A DNA stretch of 64,000 nt from Camelus dromedarius. Lineage: Eukaryota. The notes below the pieces were generated by a model. That model ran no database searches. It saw only the letters and a list, made by a program, of their open reading frames with translations, and had not been told where the DNA came from. Positions 24,233 to 37,207 of the stretch are shown here, in pieces. The DNA lies in assembly GCF_036321535.1 (NCBI RefSeq), contig NC_087436.1, positions 31,374,001-31,438,000 of the forward strand. Reading direction: 5' to 3'. The position numbers and the translations under genes were made by a program. Numbering within the stretch: the stretch's first letter is position 1; each line of letters opens with the position of its first letter.

Positions 24233-24570
24233 ACCATTAATTTATTAACAATGAGTGTGGGTGTTTGAGCTTCCACTATGTGCTAAGCACTACTGTCGAC
24301 ACTGGGGATTAATCCATTAATTTATTCAACAAATATTTATTGCACACTTACAGTGTGTGATGAGCACTGTTTGGGGCGTTGGGGGTCCAGCAAAGAATGA
24401 AAGAGAGGAGGTCTCACAGATCTTACATTCTAGTAGAAGTACTCCCCTTTATTCATGATGGACAAGACCCGCATTCTGCTGAGTCTTACATTCTAGTTGG
24501 AAGTGACAGACAATAAATTGCTCAATCAATAAGCAAACAAATGAGAAAATACCAGGTATTGATAATATGA
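24233..24570 (-). mobile_element. Two nested or tandem L2 3' tails
   Basis: ccattaatttatt occurs twice (24233, 24314); attcaacaaatatttattg; tcttacattctagt occurs twice (24421, 24484). Confidence 0.7.
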
Positions 24571-24699
24571 CCACAATTCATCATCAGTCCGCAGTTTCAC
24601 TTTCCCCGTCTCTCTTCCATATGAGAATAATAATCCTTAGCCTTGCTTGTCTCTTGCAGGCATCTCACTCTTCCTCCTCAATTGAGATGTACATATTCT

Positions 24700-25330
24700 A
24701 CAACTGCTCCTTCTATTTTTTTATTAACATTCCCTTCCAGATTCCCATACCTTGAATTTCCATTCCCTTCATTTTACTGAAACTGTTCTCTCAAAGGTCA
24801 TCATTAACTCCTTTTTGATTAAAAGTCCTTTTAGAAACTATATCCCTCTAGGCCTCTCTAAACTGGTCTGCATAGATATTTAGTGTCTGCTTCTTGAAAT
24901 CCTCTTCTTTTTGGAGTTACTGTTTTGCCCACACCCACCTCACCTACCTTGTACTGCCATTTTCCCTGTATTCCTTTTGCTGGGCTGTCTTGCTACGAAT
25001 GACCCCTTTTCAGTGAGTTCTCTTGAAGATTCAGTCTATTTGCCCTCTGCTCTTTCCTGACATCTTTAAACAAATGACTTTATAACCAATAATTCAAGCC
25101 CTGGCCGCTCCCCTATGTAGGTCTGGTTGTCCACATGACATCTCCATTCAGATGACCCAGTGGCCCTTCAAACTCTGTATATTCAGAAAACCAAAGACTC
25201 TCCTATCTCTAATGCAATCGATCTTCAAGTTTCTCCCCCACCCAACGTGGGATGCTTGGTTCCTTCACTTTCTCTTAATTATCATGAGTATAATGAGGAG
25301 GAAAACGTCTCTATTCTTCTTCTCTCTCTC
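24700..25330 (+). mobile_element. L2 LINE internal fragment
   Basis: tactgaaactgttctctcaaaggtcatcattaac..ctcttcttttgg..cttcaaactctgtatattcagaaaaccaa. Confidence 0.55.
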
Positions 25331-25869
25331 AAATATTAATTTTATTGGAACCAGTTTCCATGATTATAATTGGGCCACAATTGGTGTTTGGGGTGCAAGG
25401 CATTAATGACTCACATATGAGGATGTGGCTTCCCTCTCTAGAATTCTCCAATACCCTGTGCCCCACAGTGTTAGACTGAGCCAGTGCTTGTATCCGTGGA
25501 TAAACCTAGCCATCTTTGTCTCTCCTCTTGCCACAAGTATCGTCAGGGAATCTGATGTTCCTTATGTCCAGGTGGGGTTAAGATTTGGAAACAGATGGAG
25601 GAAGAACTCCAATTATGCTGGGCCAAATGCAGAGTCCTACACTGCTGGCAGAGTGGTACTTCATATATCATATGCCATTATTCTTGTGTGTATCTCTCCC
25701 TTGGGATAAGAAAAGAGGTAGCTGTGGACTGGAGGAAGAAGTCAAGCATTATGAGATTCCTCGGTCAGATGCCAAGTAATACCATAAAATCCTCACTCGA
25801 ATTGCTAATAATATTTATACTTCAAGGCCCAGTTCATATCCTTCTTTTATGGCAATTAATATCCTAGCT

Positions 25870-26080
25870 CTGTACTGAAGAAGTCATGAATATGAATCTC
25901 AAGTTCCACTACTAATACCTGTGTGAATTTAGTCAATTTAGTCAATTTATTTTACTTAGGCTCTCTGTGACTCATCAGTGAAAATGTGGGATTTTTTTTT
26001 AGCAAAGATTAAAAGAGATAATCCATCATTGTATTTAGCACTATCCCTGGCAGGTAGCAAGCATTTAATAAATGCTTATT
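25870..26080 (+). mobile_element. MIR SINE
   Basis: ttccactactaatacctgtgtgaatttag..aaagattaaaagagataat..tttagcactatccctggcaggtagcaagcatttaataaatg. Confidence 0.7.
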
Positions 26081-27559
26081 ATATCACGTAGGCCTGTGTC
26101 CCAAGATCTCTCTCTTTCCTTACCAACAATCCCACTTTCAGACTTTCCTATATCACTTAAAAACATGAATTTATAGAACACTAGGATTGCTACCATTGAC
26201 AGTTTTTTAGTTTTCCATGTATTAATCTTGCCTCTAACAAGAAATCTGAATCTCCTTGTGGGTCAAGCTTAAAGCTTTTCCCCTGAACCCAAGAGTGGCC
26301 AGCACAGTACCAGTGCACCTCAATAACATGATTGGTCAAAATACTACATAGCATGACCTAAGGTTAAACTTTAATGATATTGTCAATAATTTTTTTTTTA
26401 CTACCATTCAAAAAGTGGAGGCTGGCACATGGACAGCATATTTCACCATTAGTCAAACTTCCTGAGCTATAGCAATTCTCACTATTGCACAGCTCTGCAG
26501 AGGCTGATGAGCCAGCCCAACATTCACTGCCAGCATGGGAAGCTAAGGTAAATCAGGAAGGAAAAAAAGTGCAAAATTTCTCCTGACCATCGTTTCAAGT
26601 GATACCACATCACTGCAGATGATGGAGGAACCAATCCAGGATGCAACCCCTAAAGTAAGTTGACGCCTATCGAACAAATAAGGCCAACAAATGAGGATAA
26701 CTCAAGGCCAAAAAGTAGAATCACAAACAGCAGTAAATAACAAATAGCCTTTGCCTCATTATACTGTGATTCCTGGAGTAAATAGTACAGATAACTAACA
26801 CAGCCACACAATACCTGCCAAATGATGTTGTGACAAATATAAATTCATTAAATGTGTATTTGCATCCCATGAGACATAAGTGCAACAAAATATTTCAGAG
26901 AATCTTTTCAGTTGGAATTGGGCTTGTATGTATGTGTGAACTCATCTTTGAGAGCACAAGGAAGGTGAGGTTTAATAATTTCTTATTTCTGCTTTTCTCT
27001 CATTTAGCTGTTCGTTCAAACTGGGAAACTTTAAGAAAATATCTTTTCCAACTCCCTGTGCTTTATTCCTTTCATGACAGAGAACAGATAAAGTTACAGC
27101 TATTCACTTCACCCTCACCACACTGCAATTACAAGGTTAAAAAAAAAAGAATGCTCTGGTTCAGAGTACAAGGTATTATTATTTTTAATGTTGTTTGGGG
27201 GGCAATTTGTTTTTCTCTTCCGTCCTTAATCAAATTTTAATCAAGCCAAGAGCCTCAAGCAGACTTTTGAAAAGAAAAATGGTCAAATGCACGTGCCCAA
27301 TCACCGCTTCCAGGTGAGTAACTCTTCTCTCTGGCTCAACAGAGTGTGAGCCCTGATAGTACATCAGGCCTCAGCTCTCTTGGTGTGGATTGGCAGCGCA
27401 GAGAAGCAATGCAATTTAGTACACAGATGCATCTATCATGGAGCGGTGGAAGAACTCCCCGATGCTGCCCTTAGGAGTGTCATCTAGTGTGAAATACGGC
27501 ATGCTGTCCCTGGCTCTCACAAATCAAGAAAGTTTTGATCAAAGAAGGAAGAAATCAGA

Positions 27560-27990
27560 GGGGAGTAACAAACGTGGATAGAGGAGGAGTGGAAAGTTTT
27601 TAAAGTCTGTGAAACATTCTGCAACATGGCAATGACTGAAAAGAACAGGGGAAACTTTCATGAGCATAAGGAAAGGGTGACCATGAAGGAGAGAGAAGGA
27701 TTGGTTGGGGTGCACAAAAGCAGAGTAACAGCAGTAATGAGATGAAATTGAGCAAAGGAAAACTTAGCCTGAACATCAAGGAAGAGTGTGCTAACAGCGA
27801 AGCTTATTAGACTGCCAAATAGCCTCTCGGGGGAAGAGGTTTGAGCTCATTGCCCAGGTCATTTAAAACTGAACTGGACAGAAGTACTCAAGGAAACATT
27901 GTGGGGAACAAAGCTGCCCTGGCAGGGGAGCATCAAGATGACCTCCTGGTCCTTGTTCTCTCTCTCTCTCTAATTTTTGTGATATATAAC
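27560..27990 (+). mobile_element. Ancient CR1/L3-type LINE 3' end
   Basis: Frameshifted translation SNEMKLSKGKLSLNI / LTAKLIRLPNSLSGEEV / SLPRSFKTELD resembles the CR1 ORF2 C-terminus; followed by a CR1-like 3'UTR (gggaacaaagctgccctggcagggg..gatgacctcc..tctctaattttt). Confidence 0.8.
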
Positions 27991-29029
27991 ATCACATCAT
28001 TACATCGCCTCCAAACGGGCTGCTCCTTGGGCTGAGGACATAATGAGAGTGGATGACTTAGCCTGCAAAGGGAAACATGCAGGGGCCCCACCCGTAAACC
28101 ACGGCTCATTAACCAGCAGCTACTCAAATTATTCTGTGCATCTCTGGCCTAATTCAAATTAAAATTGGAGGGCTTTTCCTGACAAGCCAGATGAAAGCTT
28201 CAAGTTCTCAGCAGTTCACAGTCTGTTTTACCACAAGCTATGAATTCTGCATGTTTTTTAAACTTTGATTTTTGTCTCTGTAGATACAGAGGGGGAAAAA
28301 GTGCTAGGAAATCATTGGAAAGTGGCAACCAATACAAGCAGATTGTTTTCATTGTGGAAGATGGGGCAGCAATAGCTGACAGAATAAAGCCAGTCACTTA
28401 GTAGAACAAGCCCTTTTCATTGGAATAAAACTTCAGTCTGTCAGTTTCCTTGAAGGACCACAGTCTATATACAGATGGGTATGGGCCCCTCCTAAAACTA
28501 GTCGGTGGTGACTCGGTGAGCACTTCTGGCTTCTTCACTACCGGTCCTTACTCTCAGAGCACCTCCTGATCCTCAGACATGAACCATCAAGAAAAATGAG
28601 ATATTTACTAGAAAACTGTGTATCAAGTTTCTATGAGGTAATGATATTTTTCCAATGTAATGTATGGAAATCAGTCTTGAAAACTGTAAAGTTATACCTT
28701 AAATAACAATTCTCCTTTGTATTTAATTAAACACCAGTTTGAGTGCGTATTCTGTGCCTGTCTCTTCCATCCTGCTTCCTCCACTATTTGGATCATGAGA
28801 ATAGTTATTTGTTAATGATTTTTCCTCTTTCCCTCAGCAAGTGTTCTATACCTTGCAAAACACTAAATCACTTTAATGCTTACCTGCAGCTTTAATCTGT
28901 GTTCTGCAATTTCTCAAGTCCCAAAATTAGCCACTCCTACTCCCAAATTCTACTCAATAATTCTAAATTATTGAGCTCTTATTTTTGCTTTGCAAAATTT
29001 CAACAGTGCCATCTCATTAATTTAGCCAC

Positions 29030-29270
29030 CATTCAACAAATATTTAAGTCAGCAAATAATATATGCTAGGCGCCGTGTTAGACCTGAATTAGAAAATAAC
29101 TGCTACTGTCCTAATCTCAAGGTGCTCACAATCCAGCTGGAGACACAGACGAGGCAAACGAAGAACAATGTGGAAAGGGCCTCATCAGAGGAATAACAAA
29201 CTGCTTTGGGAGTGAGTACAGGCAAAGGGACAACTGACTCGGCAGAAGTTAACCTGAGAACATAAGAAAC
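29030..29270 (-). mobile_element. L2 3' tail
   Basis: cattcaacaaatatttaag..tatgctaggcgccgtgttag..ctcaaggtgctcacaatccag. Confidence 0.7.
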
Positions 29271-29779
29271 GTTTGACTAGACTTATCCGTGTTCTTACAA
29301 GGTTATCCTAACTCTCCCTTTTCCCTACCTCCACTCTGCCACCAGCTTGCAATATTTACATTTCAATCTTCCCAACTGAAGCTCCTTGGATAACTTGCCT
29401 CACTCCTCCTCTACAAATATCCCCCACACCCCGAAAAGTCATCTAACATATTACAGCTAACTCACTGTTAGGATTGGCAGCTTATCCTTTTTGTTCCATT
29501 TTTTTACTTGTAAATACACCAATGTGAGTTTCAGGCAAGTATGTCTTTCTGCCATTAAAAAGTTGGATTTTTCTTATGACATGGTAGCTCTTTAAATTGG
29601 AGGAAAATGTAATTCTACATTAATAATATTTTAATCAGTTTCCCCAAAGTTCAGGTTCTCCCCCAAAATATCATTTTATTTCTTAACCATCAACTTCTCA
29701 CTAAACAGTGGGCTTCCCAGCCACGGTGCAGAAATAAGGGAGGCTTCTCCATTTAGATCACAGATACACCTCTCTCTTT

Positions 29780-30153
29780 CCAGGAGTTCCTCATTACGGA
29801 TTTTCTAAACGCGCTCCACATTTTCAGCTCTCTATGCCTTTGCTCCCACTCTGGAATAGCCCCTCCTCATCTTCTCAACCTTTTAGAAACTTATTCTTCC
29901 TTAAAGTCTTGGGTCAAAAGCTACAGGCTCCATGAAAACATCCAGGAAAACCATCCTTAGATCAGGATTAAATCAAGTATGTGTATCTTCTACAAATCCT
30001 CAGTTACTCTATTCTGTTTTACATTATTCATACACCACTGTAAATTTCTGGAGGGCAGAAGGTGTGATTTATTGTCTTTCAATCCTTCAGGCCTTGTGCA
30101 TACTAGGTGCTCAACTGATGATTGTTGAATGAATGAATAAATGAATGAATGAA
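29780..30153 (+). mobile_element. L2 LINE 3' end
   Basis: ctgtaaatttctggagggcag..tactaggtgctcaactgatgattgttgaatgaatgaataaatgaatgaatgaa. Confidence 0.75.
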
Positions 30154-30190
30154 TACAAATTGCTTTGTAATCTGTCAATCAGGTGATAAT

Positions 30191-30664
30191 TGTTTTAGTC
30201 AGCCTGGGGTGCCATAATAAAATACGATAATGGAGTGGCTTAAACAACAGAAATTTATTTCTCACAGTTCTAGAGGCTGGAAAGTCTAAGATCAAGCTGC
30301 CAGCAATGTAGTTTCACTCTGAGACCTCTTCTTTTGGTCTGTAAGCAGCTGTCATCTCCCTTTGTACCCATATGACCATTCACTCTGTGGCCACACAAGT
30401 CTCGTACGTAAGTTTCCTTGCTTTTTAAAACTGCCCTTTAACAATCTGATGTAGTCTCCACTTTCTTTATGCTCTCCTTGTCCTCCAATGTATGGAGGCC
30501 AATTTACAAACCAACAGGCACTAGTCCCACAACAGGGACCCACCCTAATGACACCATCTAACCCTGACGACCTCTCAAAGACCCCATTTTTGAGTAGTAC
30601 CATCACATTGGGAGTTGAGGCTTCAACACATGAATTTTGAGGGGACACAATTCAATCCACAGCA
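30191..30664 (-). mobile_element. ERVL-MaLR solo LTR (MLT1A-type) with perfect 5-bp TSD and an internal foreign segment
   Basis: TG...CA termini; TSD ataat at 30186-30190 and 30665-30669; ggcttaaacaacagaaatttatttctcacagttctagaggctgg. Confidence 0.9.
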
Positions 30665-31659
30665 ATAATATATTCATAAAGTTATGAACACACAACTCCT
30701 TTCCCTTTTAATTTTTCCTGTTACTCTGTCCATCCTTATCAAACAAATAACTAGAGATCTAGTGAAGTTCTGCTTATATTTACAACTTAAGCTAAAGAAA
30801 CTGATGAAAGCCATAGCTATGTCTAAGAGCTGGGACCCAAGGAGGTCTGCATCTAACACCACATTTAACTAAAATCTCTAGAACTGATAAAGTGATTGAT
30901 TTATTGTCACATAAATGAGTTTTGTTCTTTGAATTTCATGTTGACAATATATCATTACAGTAAAAAACATTAATCCTACAAGAATAAATTTTCTGAGCAG
31001 CCTTTGGCACGTGTCTTACATTGCATCCACTCTTCCATCTGTTCAAACGTCACAATGGTTACATTTCATGATAAATGGAAGCTTTACATGAGGCCATCTA
31101 CACATCTTTGTCCTTCAGTGATTATTTTTCACCACTTCCTCCAACAAGAGCTGGAGAAAAGTGATTTCCAAAAGCCAAAATGATTTCCAAAACCTGAGAT
31201 AAAAACCACAGGACTTTGGACTCTAAGAGCTAGATCTTAGAGGTAATTATGGTAGTAATAATAAATAATTGAACTTTGGTGCTTTTAGAGTTTAAAAAGC
31301 ATTTACAGGGTTTATTGATTGTATTTAAAGTCCAAATCACTACCCTTTACATGAATTTTCTCTGCAAAGTTCCAAATAAATGGACAATCAACTGGTTTTG
31401 GAATATTTCCAGAGACCCAGAATTCACTACTTTGTACAGCCATTCATTCCTTAGTTTAGAAGGCTCCAGTTGTTCAAATGTTCTTCTGCATAGTGCTTCT
31501 AATCAAAATCCTAGCAACCTCCACTTCTTATTCCTATTTCTGACCACTGACTCTCAAAAAAATGTGAAACCTCTAGTCCCTTGACACCCTTTTATCACAC
31601 CAGATCTTCCTGTTACCATATTTGGAAAACATAATTCTTTCCTGTAACTACTGATAATA

Positions 31660-31880
31660 ATTAACAATGGCTAACATTTATGGGGCCCTTAACCATATGA
31701 CAAGCTCTGTTTGAATACTTTGTTTATATTAACTTATTTGAATCCTTAGAGGTGTGCGCTATTTTGATCCTCAGAAGACACACAGGGATGCCTGCCAGCG
31801 GAGAGCTCATAAGTGCCAGAACTATTATGGGGAGGGACTCAGGCTTCGGACTCCAGAGCCATCACCCTTCGTGACTAGGA
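31660..31880 (-). mobile_element. MIR SINE
   Basis: atggctaacatttatggggccttaaccatatgacaag..ggactcaggcttcggactccagagcc. Confidence 0.65.
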
Positions 31881-32696
31881 TATGATGTTTTCCTACCATG
31901 CTGTTTGCTTTCCTCAGCACATTTGCTAGCCTGTCCTTTATATCCCTCTGAGGTTAGGATGATCTATTTCTAACCTATCAATCAATGTGGCAGGCCTCCA
32001 AGGCCCATAGAAGATGTGCTGGTACTGCAGACAGCTGGGGGAATCACAGGTGCTGGGGATTCCACTCCAGACCCCTCAAGTCAGACTCAATGGAGGGAAC
32101 AGAGGGGAAACTCAAGCATTAATATTTTTTAAGTCTTTTCAAGTGATTCTAATGGGCCCCCACTAGTCCATGGGGAAGGTTCATAATCTTTAGTGTTCCT
32201 AGAAATCATCTTAAAGGATGACTCAGAAGCATAGCTTGGGGTTCAGAAACTGACATTTTCATCAGGACCCACTCTGGGCAATTTTTATTCAGGCACACTG
32301 AACTACAGAATTCTTATTCTCTTACATCACTCCGGTGTGCCATGAAGTGAAGACATCTGAAAAACAAGCAAAGGTTTCCTACATCATCAACATGTTCAGG
32401 ACCACAATCGTCAAATTCACTTCCTTATTTGCTCCCCATCGCCAGTGACTCAGACTCCACGTAAGCACTTGATGAGTAGAGACACCAGGCACCCAGGGTA
32501 CCTCAATGAGAGGTGCATTGCTGAAGGCAAATTTACCTGCGGTGTGTAGCACAGCCTACACTGAAAATGCACTTTTGAAAAATATTTACAACAGGCTATC
32601 TTTTAACTGTTCTTAAAATATCATCATTATATACACACATATCGTTTCACATTCCATACAATATTTTTATATAAATAAAATCTGCTGACTTCCAGT

Positions 32697-33710
32697 CAAC
32701 TCAACAAACATATTTAGTGCACCTGCTAAACTCCAGACACTGTGTTAAGGGGGCGTAGGGGAAAGAGACAGAGATTATAACAAAAATGAATAAGACATGG
32801 CCCCAGCCTTGAAAAGACTAATGTTCATGGACTGACCCAACAATTTTCATTACAGCCAGCCAGGGAGATCATGCTCCAGATGACCAGAATCCGTAAGCCT
32901 AGTTCGGACGTCACAGCTCTGTTCAGAGGCAGGGAGCTGTACTCATTCACAGTATTTCCACCCTAACACTCACTGATTCCAGAACTGTTCTGACAGCGGA
33001 TTCCTTTTTGGCTTCTTTTTTTTTTCTTGTATTCAGATCTTTACTGACTCCTCAGGCTCACAAGGCAGCTCCAGCCCTTCTCTCTGTCTACCTACTCAGA
33101 CAGGACCTCGATTCGCCTGTGAATTCCACCTCTCTCTGGCCACCCCTGGCATATCCCAACCCAGTACAGTTCTATCCATGTGAATGGGAATTCCTTCTAA
33201 TCAGACCCAGAGCCACAAAGTGGATGTTGTAGCGTTCATAGTCTACCAAGAGACGTGCGCTGACATGTCCACAATGAGTCGTAAGACAGAATAAGCTGTA
33301 ACATTATAAGGGAAAAAAAACAAGCAAAAATGCCATGGCCACATATTTGAAAGAAGGATAAATTCTGATTAGTATGATAGAAGGCAGCCCCATGGAAATG
33401 TGATGTCTGTGACCTATTTTAAGGAGGAGGGAAAAGTTAGCAAGAGTTAAGAGCAATCTAGATGAGAAGAGAGTGAATAAAGAAATGGGGTTAGGGGAAG
33501 TTCTGGGACATTATCAGGTTAAAGAAATAGATTAGAGTAGAAGCGGGGTGGTTGCAAAGGCTGAAAAGTTAGTTGGAAAGGAGATCAATGCGGCCTTGAA
33601 TTCCATTATAAAGACTTGGACTTCACGCCCTATGGGAAGAGCCATTGAGGGTCTTTCAGTAAAGATGTGATAGAATCAGCTACACTTTAAGAATAATACT
33701 TGGACTCCAG
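32697..33710 (-). mobile_element. L2 LINE fragments
   Basis: ctcaacaaacatatttagtgcacctgc..aatgaataagacatggcccc; later gggaagagccattgagggtctttcagtaaagatgtgatagaatcag. Confidence 0.6.
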
Positions 33711-33790
33711 TTTAAAGGATAAATGGGAATTGGAGGAGGTGACTAAGAAACAAACCATTAGAACCATTATTTTTCACTCTCCTCAGCAAG

Positions 33791-34267
33791 TGAACTGGAT
33801 ACCCTCCATCTGCCCTCAGGACCACTCTCCACTCTTCTCTATCTGCCCTCTCACCTGAGGGACTAAGCATGGCAGACTCCCTTCCCTTCTGGATTCCCAT
33901 TATGTTCAGCCAATGGTGAGGACCCATAGGAGATCTGGAGGAAGCACAAGAGTAAGTTGGAGGTGCAAATTTCCTCAGCTCCTCCCCTGCCAGGTTACCT
34001 TGGGCTGGCTGTGTCCTGTCCAGATGGGAGGTCCCGGCTCCTTTCACCTGGCCCGCTCCGTGCCTACTCCCTCTCTCTAAGGTTCAGGAGCTGCTCTCCC
34101 CTTACACCTTCAGGCTTACGGGTTGTAACAACAGCCACCCCAACAGCCCTAGGGTGCCACTTTGTCCCTGATGGTTTCCTTAGCAAATAAACCCTTTAGT
34201 AAACTTCCCTCCACTGAACCCACTTTCAGTGTGCCATTGGTGTCTTCCCAGCACCCTGATCGGTGCA
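33791..34267 (+). mobile_element. ERVL solo LTR (LTR33-like)
   Basis: ccctccatctgccctcaggaccactctccac..cagccaatgg..ggagatctggagg..cttcaggcttacgggttgtaac..gtgtgccattgg..accctgatcggtgca; flanks gcaag/ggaag. Confidence 0.85.
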
Positions 34268-35268
34268 GGAAGCACTAAGTAACCTTCAACCAGGGTGTTG
34301 GCCAAGAGCATGGGAAAAGCAAGGGTGGTGCTCCCGAAAGCACAAACCTAAAATGTTCCTCCTTGCTGAGGAGATAAAAGCTATGGTAAGGCAGCTGTGG
34401 TATGTGAGTTAATTTATCTATTTCAGATTGATTAGTAAATCTTAAAACATTTCTGAAAACTCCATCTATGTTTGATAGGAAAGAGCTTTTAGTTGTGAGG
34501 CGGATTCATGTTCAAACAATTGGCTTTAGAGGTAAGAGCTACACAGGTTTGAAGTCAGACTAGCACAACTCGAAGATACAGCAGCCCAGGGCTAGGTAAC
34601 TGCAATCACAAAAATGATGCTTCCTTTAACACAGGAAACAGACGTGTGGCTGTTTATATAATGTATGCAAAGGCTGAGTCGGAGAGGAGAGCACTGAGAA
34701 GAGGAAGTGTGAGGTGCTGAAGCTGCAGTTCTCTGAGCAGAATTGTAAGAGAGAATGTTTGGAGTCTTCTGTGTGGGTCTATATAGCAGTCTATTCAAAC
34801 AGATCAGATAATACCTAAAGGGCAGGTGGCTTATTTGTTCTAAATGCAGCAAGAGGTAATGGCATGCTTAAGTCATTTCTGCAGCAGCCTGTAATTTCAC
34901 AAGTGCTCAAACGTTTCCTTTGACAGCTGTGCTGTTGCGTTCATTATGTTGTCAATGTGAGTTCTATAAAGGAGAGTGCCTGGCAGGAGAAGAGCTGGGG
35001 GGAGCAAGTGTTCAATGTTTTTTATCTCTCCAATTGGTTTAAAGCAATCAAGTAAGGCAAGAATCCTCTTCCCTGAAAATATTCAAATTATCCATTTCAC
35101 ACACTATTCCATCTTTTATAGAAAGATAAAGTTAATCTTCCATGATTTACTTGAAGTTAGTGATTACAAGTATCTACTTTTTGACCAGCCTTATCACATT
35201 CTCTGGGAATATATTTAAATAGCCTGGAAGAGAAAATTGAATGGCCATGTGGAGGGGGCTGTAGAGTT

Positions 35269-35316
35269 AAAACAAAAACAAAAACAAAAACAAAAACAAA
35301 AACAAAAACAAAAAAC
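35269..35316. repeat. (AAAAAC)n microsatellite
   Basis: Direct observation. Confidence 0.95.
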
Positions 35317-36589
35317 CACACCACTCATGTACGTCATGGAAACAGAGTTAAAAAATTGAAAAATAAAAGTAACTTTTCAGATTTGGATTACAAAGGAAAA
35401 GGGGATATTCCCCCCTTAATTTCAGAAAGAAAACATGATAAATACCATACAAAGGAGAACAGAAGGTGGGGAATTGTTTTCATCTCCCATGAGCTCTTGG
35501 CTCTGATTAAAGCAGCCTAAGGAGGTGTGAGTCTCACACATGCCAATGTCCCTCCCTTTGATGCCATAAGACCCTTTCTTTCTCAATCAGCACTGCTCCC
35601 CCATGGAGAACTGAAGATTCAAAGACCACAGAGAACCAAGCAAAGCCTCTTTATTATTCATCGTCCCAGCCTCAGCTGTGAGTGCCTCCAGCTGGGGACA
35701 GGAGTGGAAAGTGGCAATAAAAGTAAGGTGGATCTTATCTATACGACACCAACCAATTAGAGAGAGACAAATTTCCTTCAAATTCATCAAATGTGGAGAA
35801 GCTTAATAACAAAAAAGCACACTTGACTTCAGCTTCCTGTTCAACAGATGCCAGTACACCAAGTTAAGTTCTATTTTTTTTTTCAACTCTGACTAGCCTG
35901 TTAAAATAGTTCAATCGATTGACCTAATTTTTCTTCACCTCTACTCAACTGTATGTTGAGCGATTGGTTCCTAACTCCGACAGATTAAAAGGTACCCACA
36001 GCAGCTGGTTACCCTATTGAAGACGACATCTCTTTTTTTCCGTGTTTCTTTTTGTTTTGTTTGGCCTTGCTTTGATACCAAGGCAGTCTCATGGACCTTG
36101 ATATTTTAAACATTTTAATAAGTGAATTTTCAGCAAGGCCCAGCAGCCTGAAGATTTTAAAGAGCCCATAGGTCCACAGTCAGCTTATTTCATGTTTTCC
36201 TTGTTTTTTAATGGTAACTAATTGCCTTAATTAGTGCTAATTAAAAAGGTATGACCTCTGACATTAATCTAATGCAAACTAATTTGGGGGTTTCTGATGG
36301 AATAGAACAAATACACTAAATTAAGCTAATTGAGGGAGAGAACATTTGAATGAAAGAGGGAATTAGATCATATTTTTAAAGAAAGCCTATTACCAAATAT
36401 TTACTGAGCACTTTCTATGTGCTAGGCACTACGATAGGGCATGGGTCCTACTTTCAGGGAATGTTCAATCAGATTCCTCTCCCCCAAGGTTTCTGATCCT
36501 GTCCAATTAAGTGACAATTAGGTCCTATAATATGGGAGGAAAAGAGTGATGTATGGCAAAAGAAATTAGGGAGCCAGATATTAAACATA

Positions 36590-36780
36590 AGCTAATATTT
36601 ATTAAGCATTTAATATGTTTCAAATTTTCTTCTAAGCATTTTATATCTATGCAGTAGTTATTCTCATTTACACCATCTTATAGGTGAGAAAACTATAGAA
36701 AGGTTTGGAAACTTACTAAAGATCACACAGATAGTAAGTGGAATTTGCTGGTGTGAAAGCCTGCATGTTTTAACTATTTA
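36590..36780 (-). mobile_element. MIR SINE
   Basis: agctaatatttattaagcattt..ccatcttataggtgagaaaact..acttactaaagatcacacagatagtaagtgg. Confidence 0.75.
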
Positions 36781-37207
36781 GTAGATAATAATATATACTA
36801 AGCCTTAAAAGGAAAGACTTGCATATTAAACAGAATAAAATTGCATTGTGTCTAAACAAAAGACCTTAAGAAAAGTTGTCAAGAAATACCTGACATAAAT
36901 TTCCAAATAGTGGGAGTTATTTCCACTATTCCATTAACTTCCTACCCAACTCCAATTAAGAGTTATAAAACATCAGAAAGAGGTGAGGAAAGGGCGTAGA
37001 ACTGAGCTGGGACAGAAAGACCTATCTGCAGTCAGGTTATAGAGGAGAGAAGATCCTGGAATGGTTTCCCCTATTTTACATCTATAATCTTTGGACCAGC
37101 CTGATTGTGTAATTTTGTGATTCTCTAATCTTAGTTGTCCATATAGTGAACCTGAAACAATACAGAAATGCATGAAGTCCAGTAAGTATAAAATTATATT
37201 CCTCTGC

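Noticed and set aside
28884..29083. Possible minus-strand exon (donor CAG|GTAAGC, acceptor within an L2 tail)
   Set aside because: The acceptor is modest and the AT-rich body has no exon-like character; isolated strong donors are common
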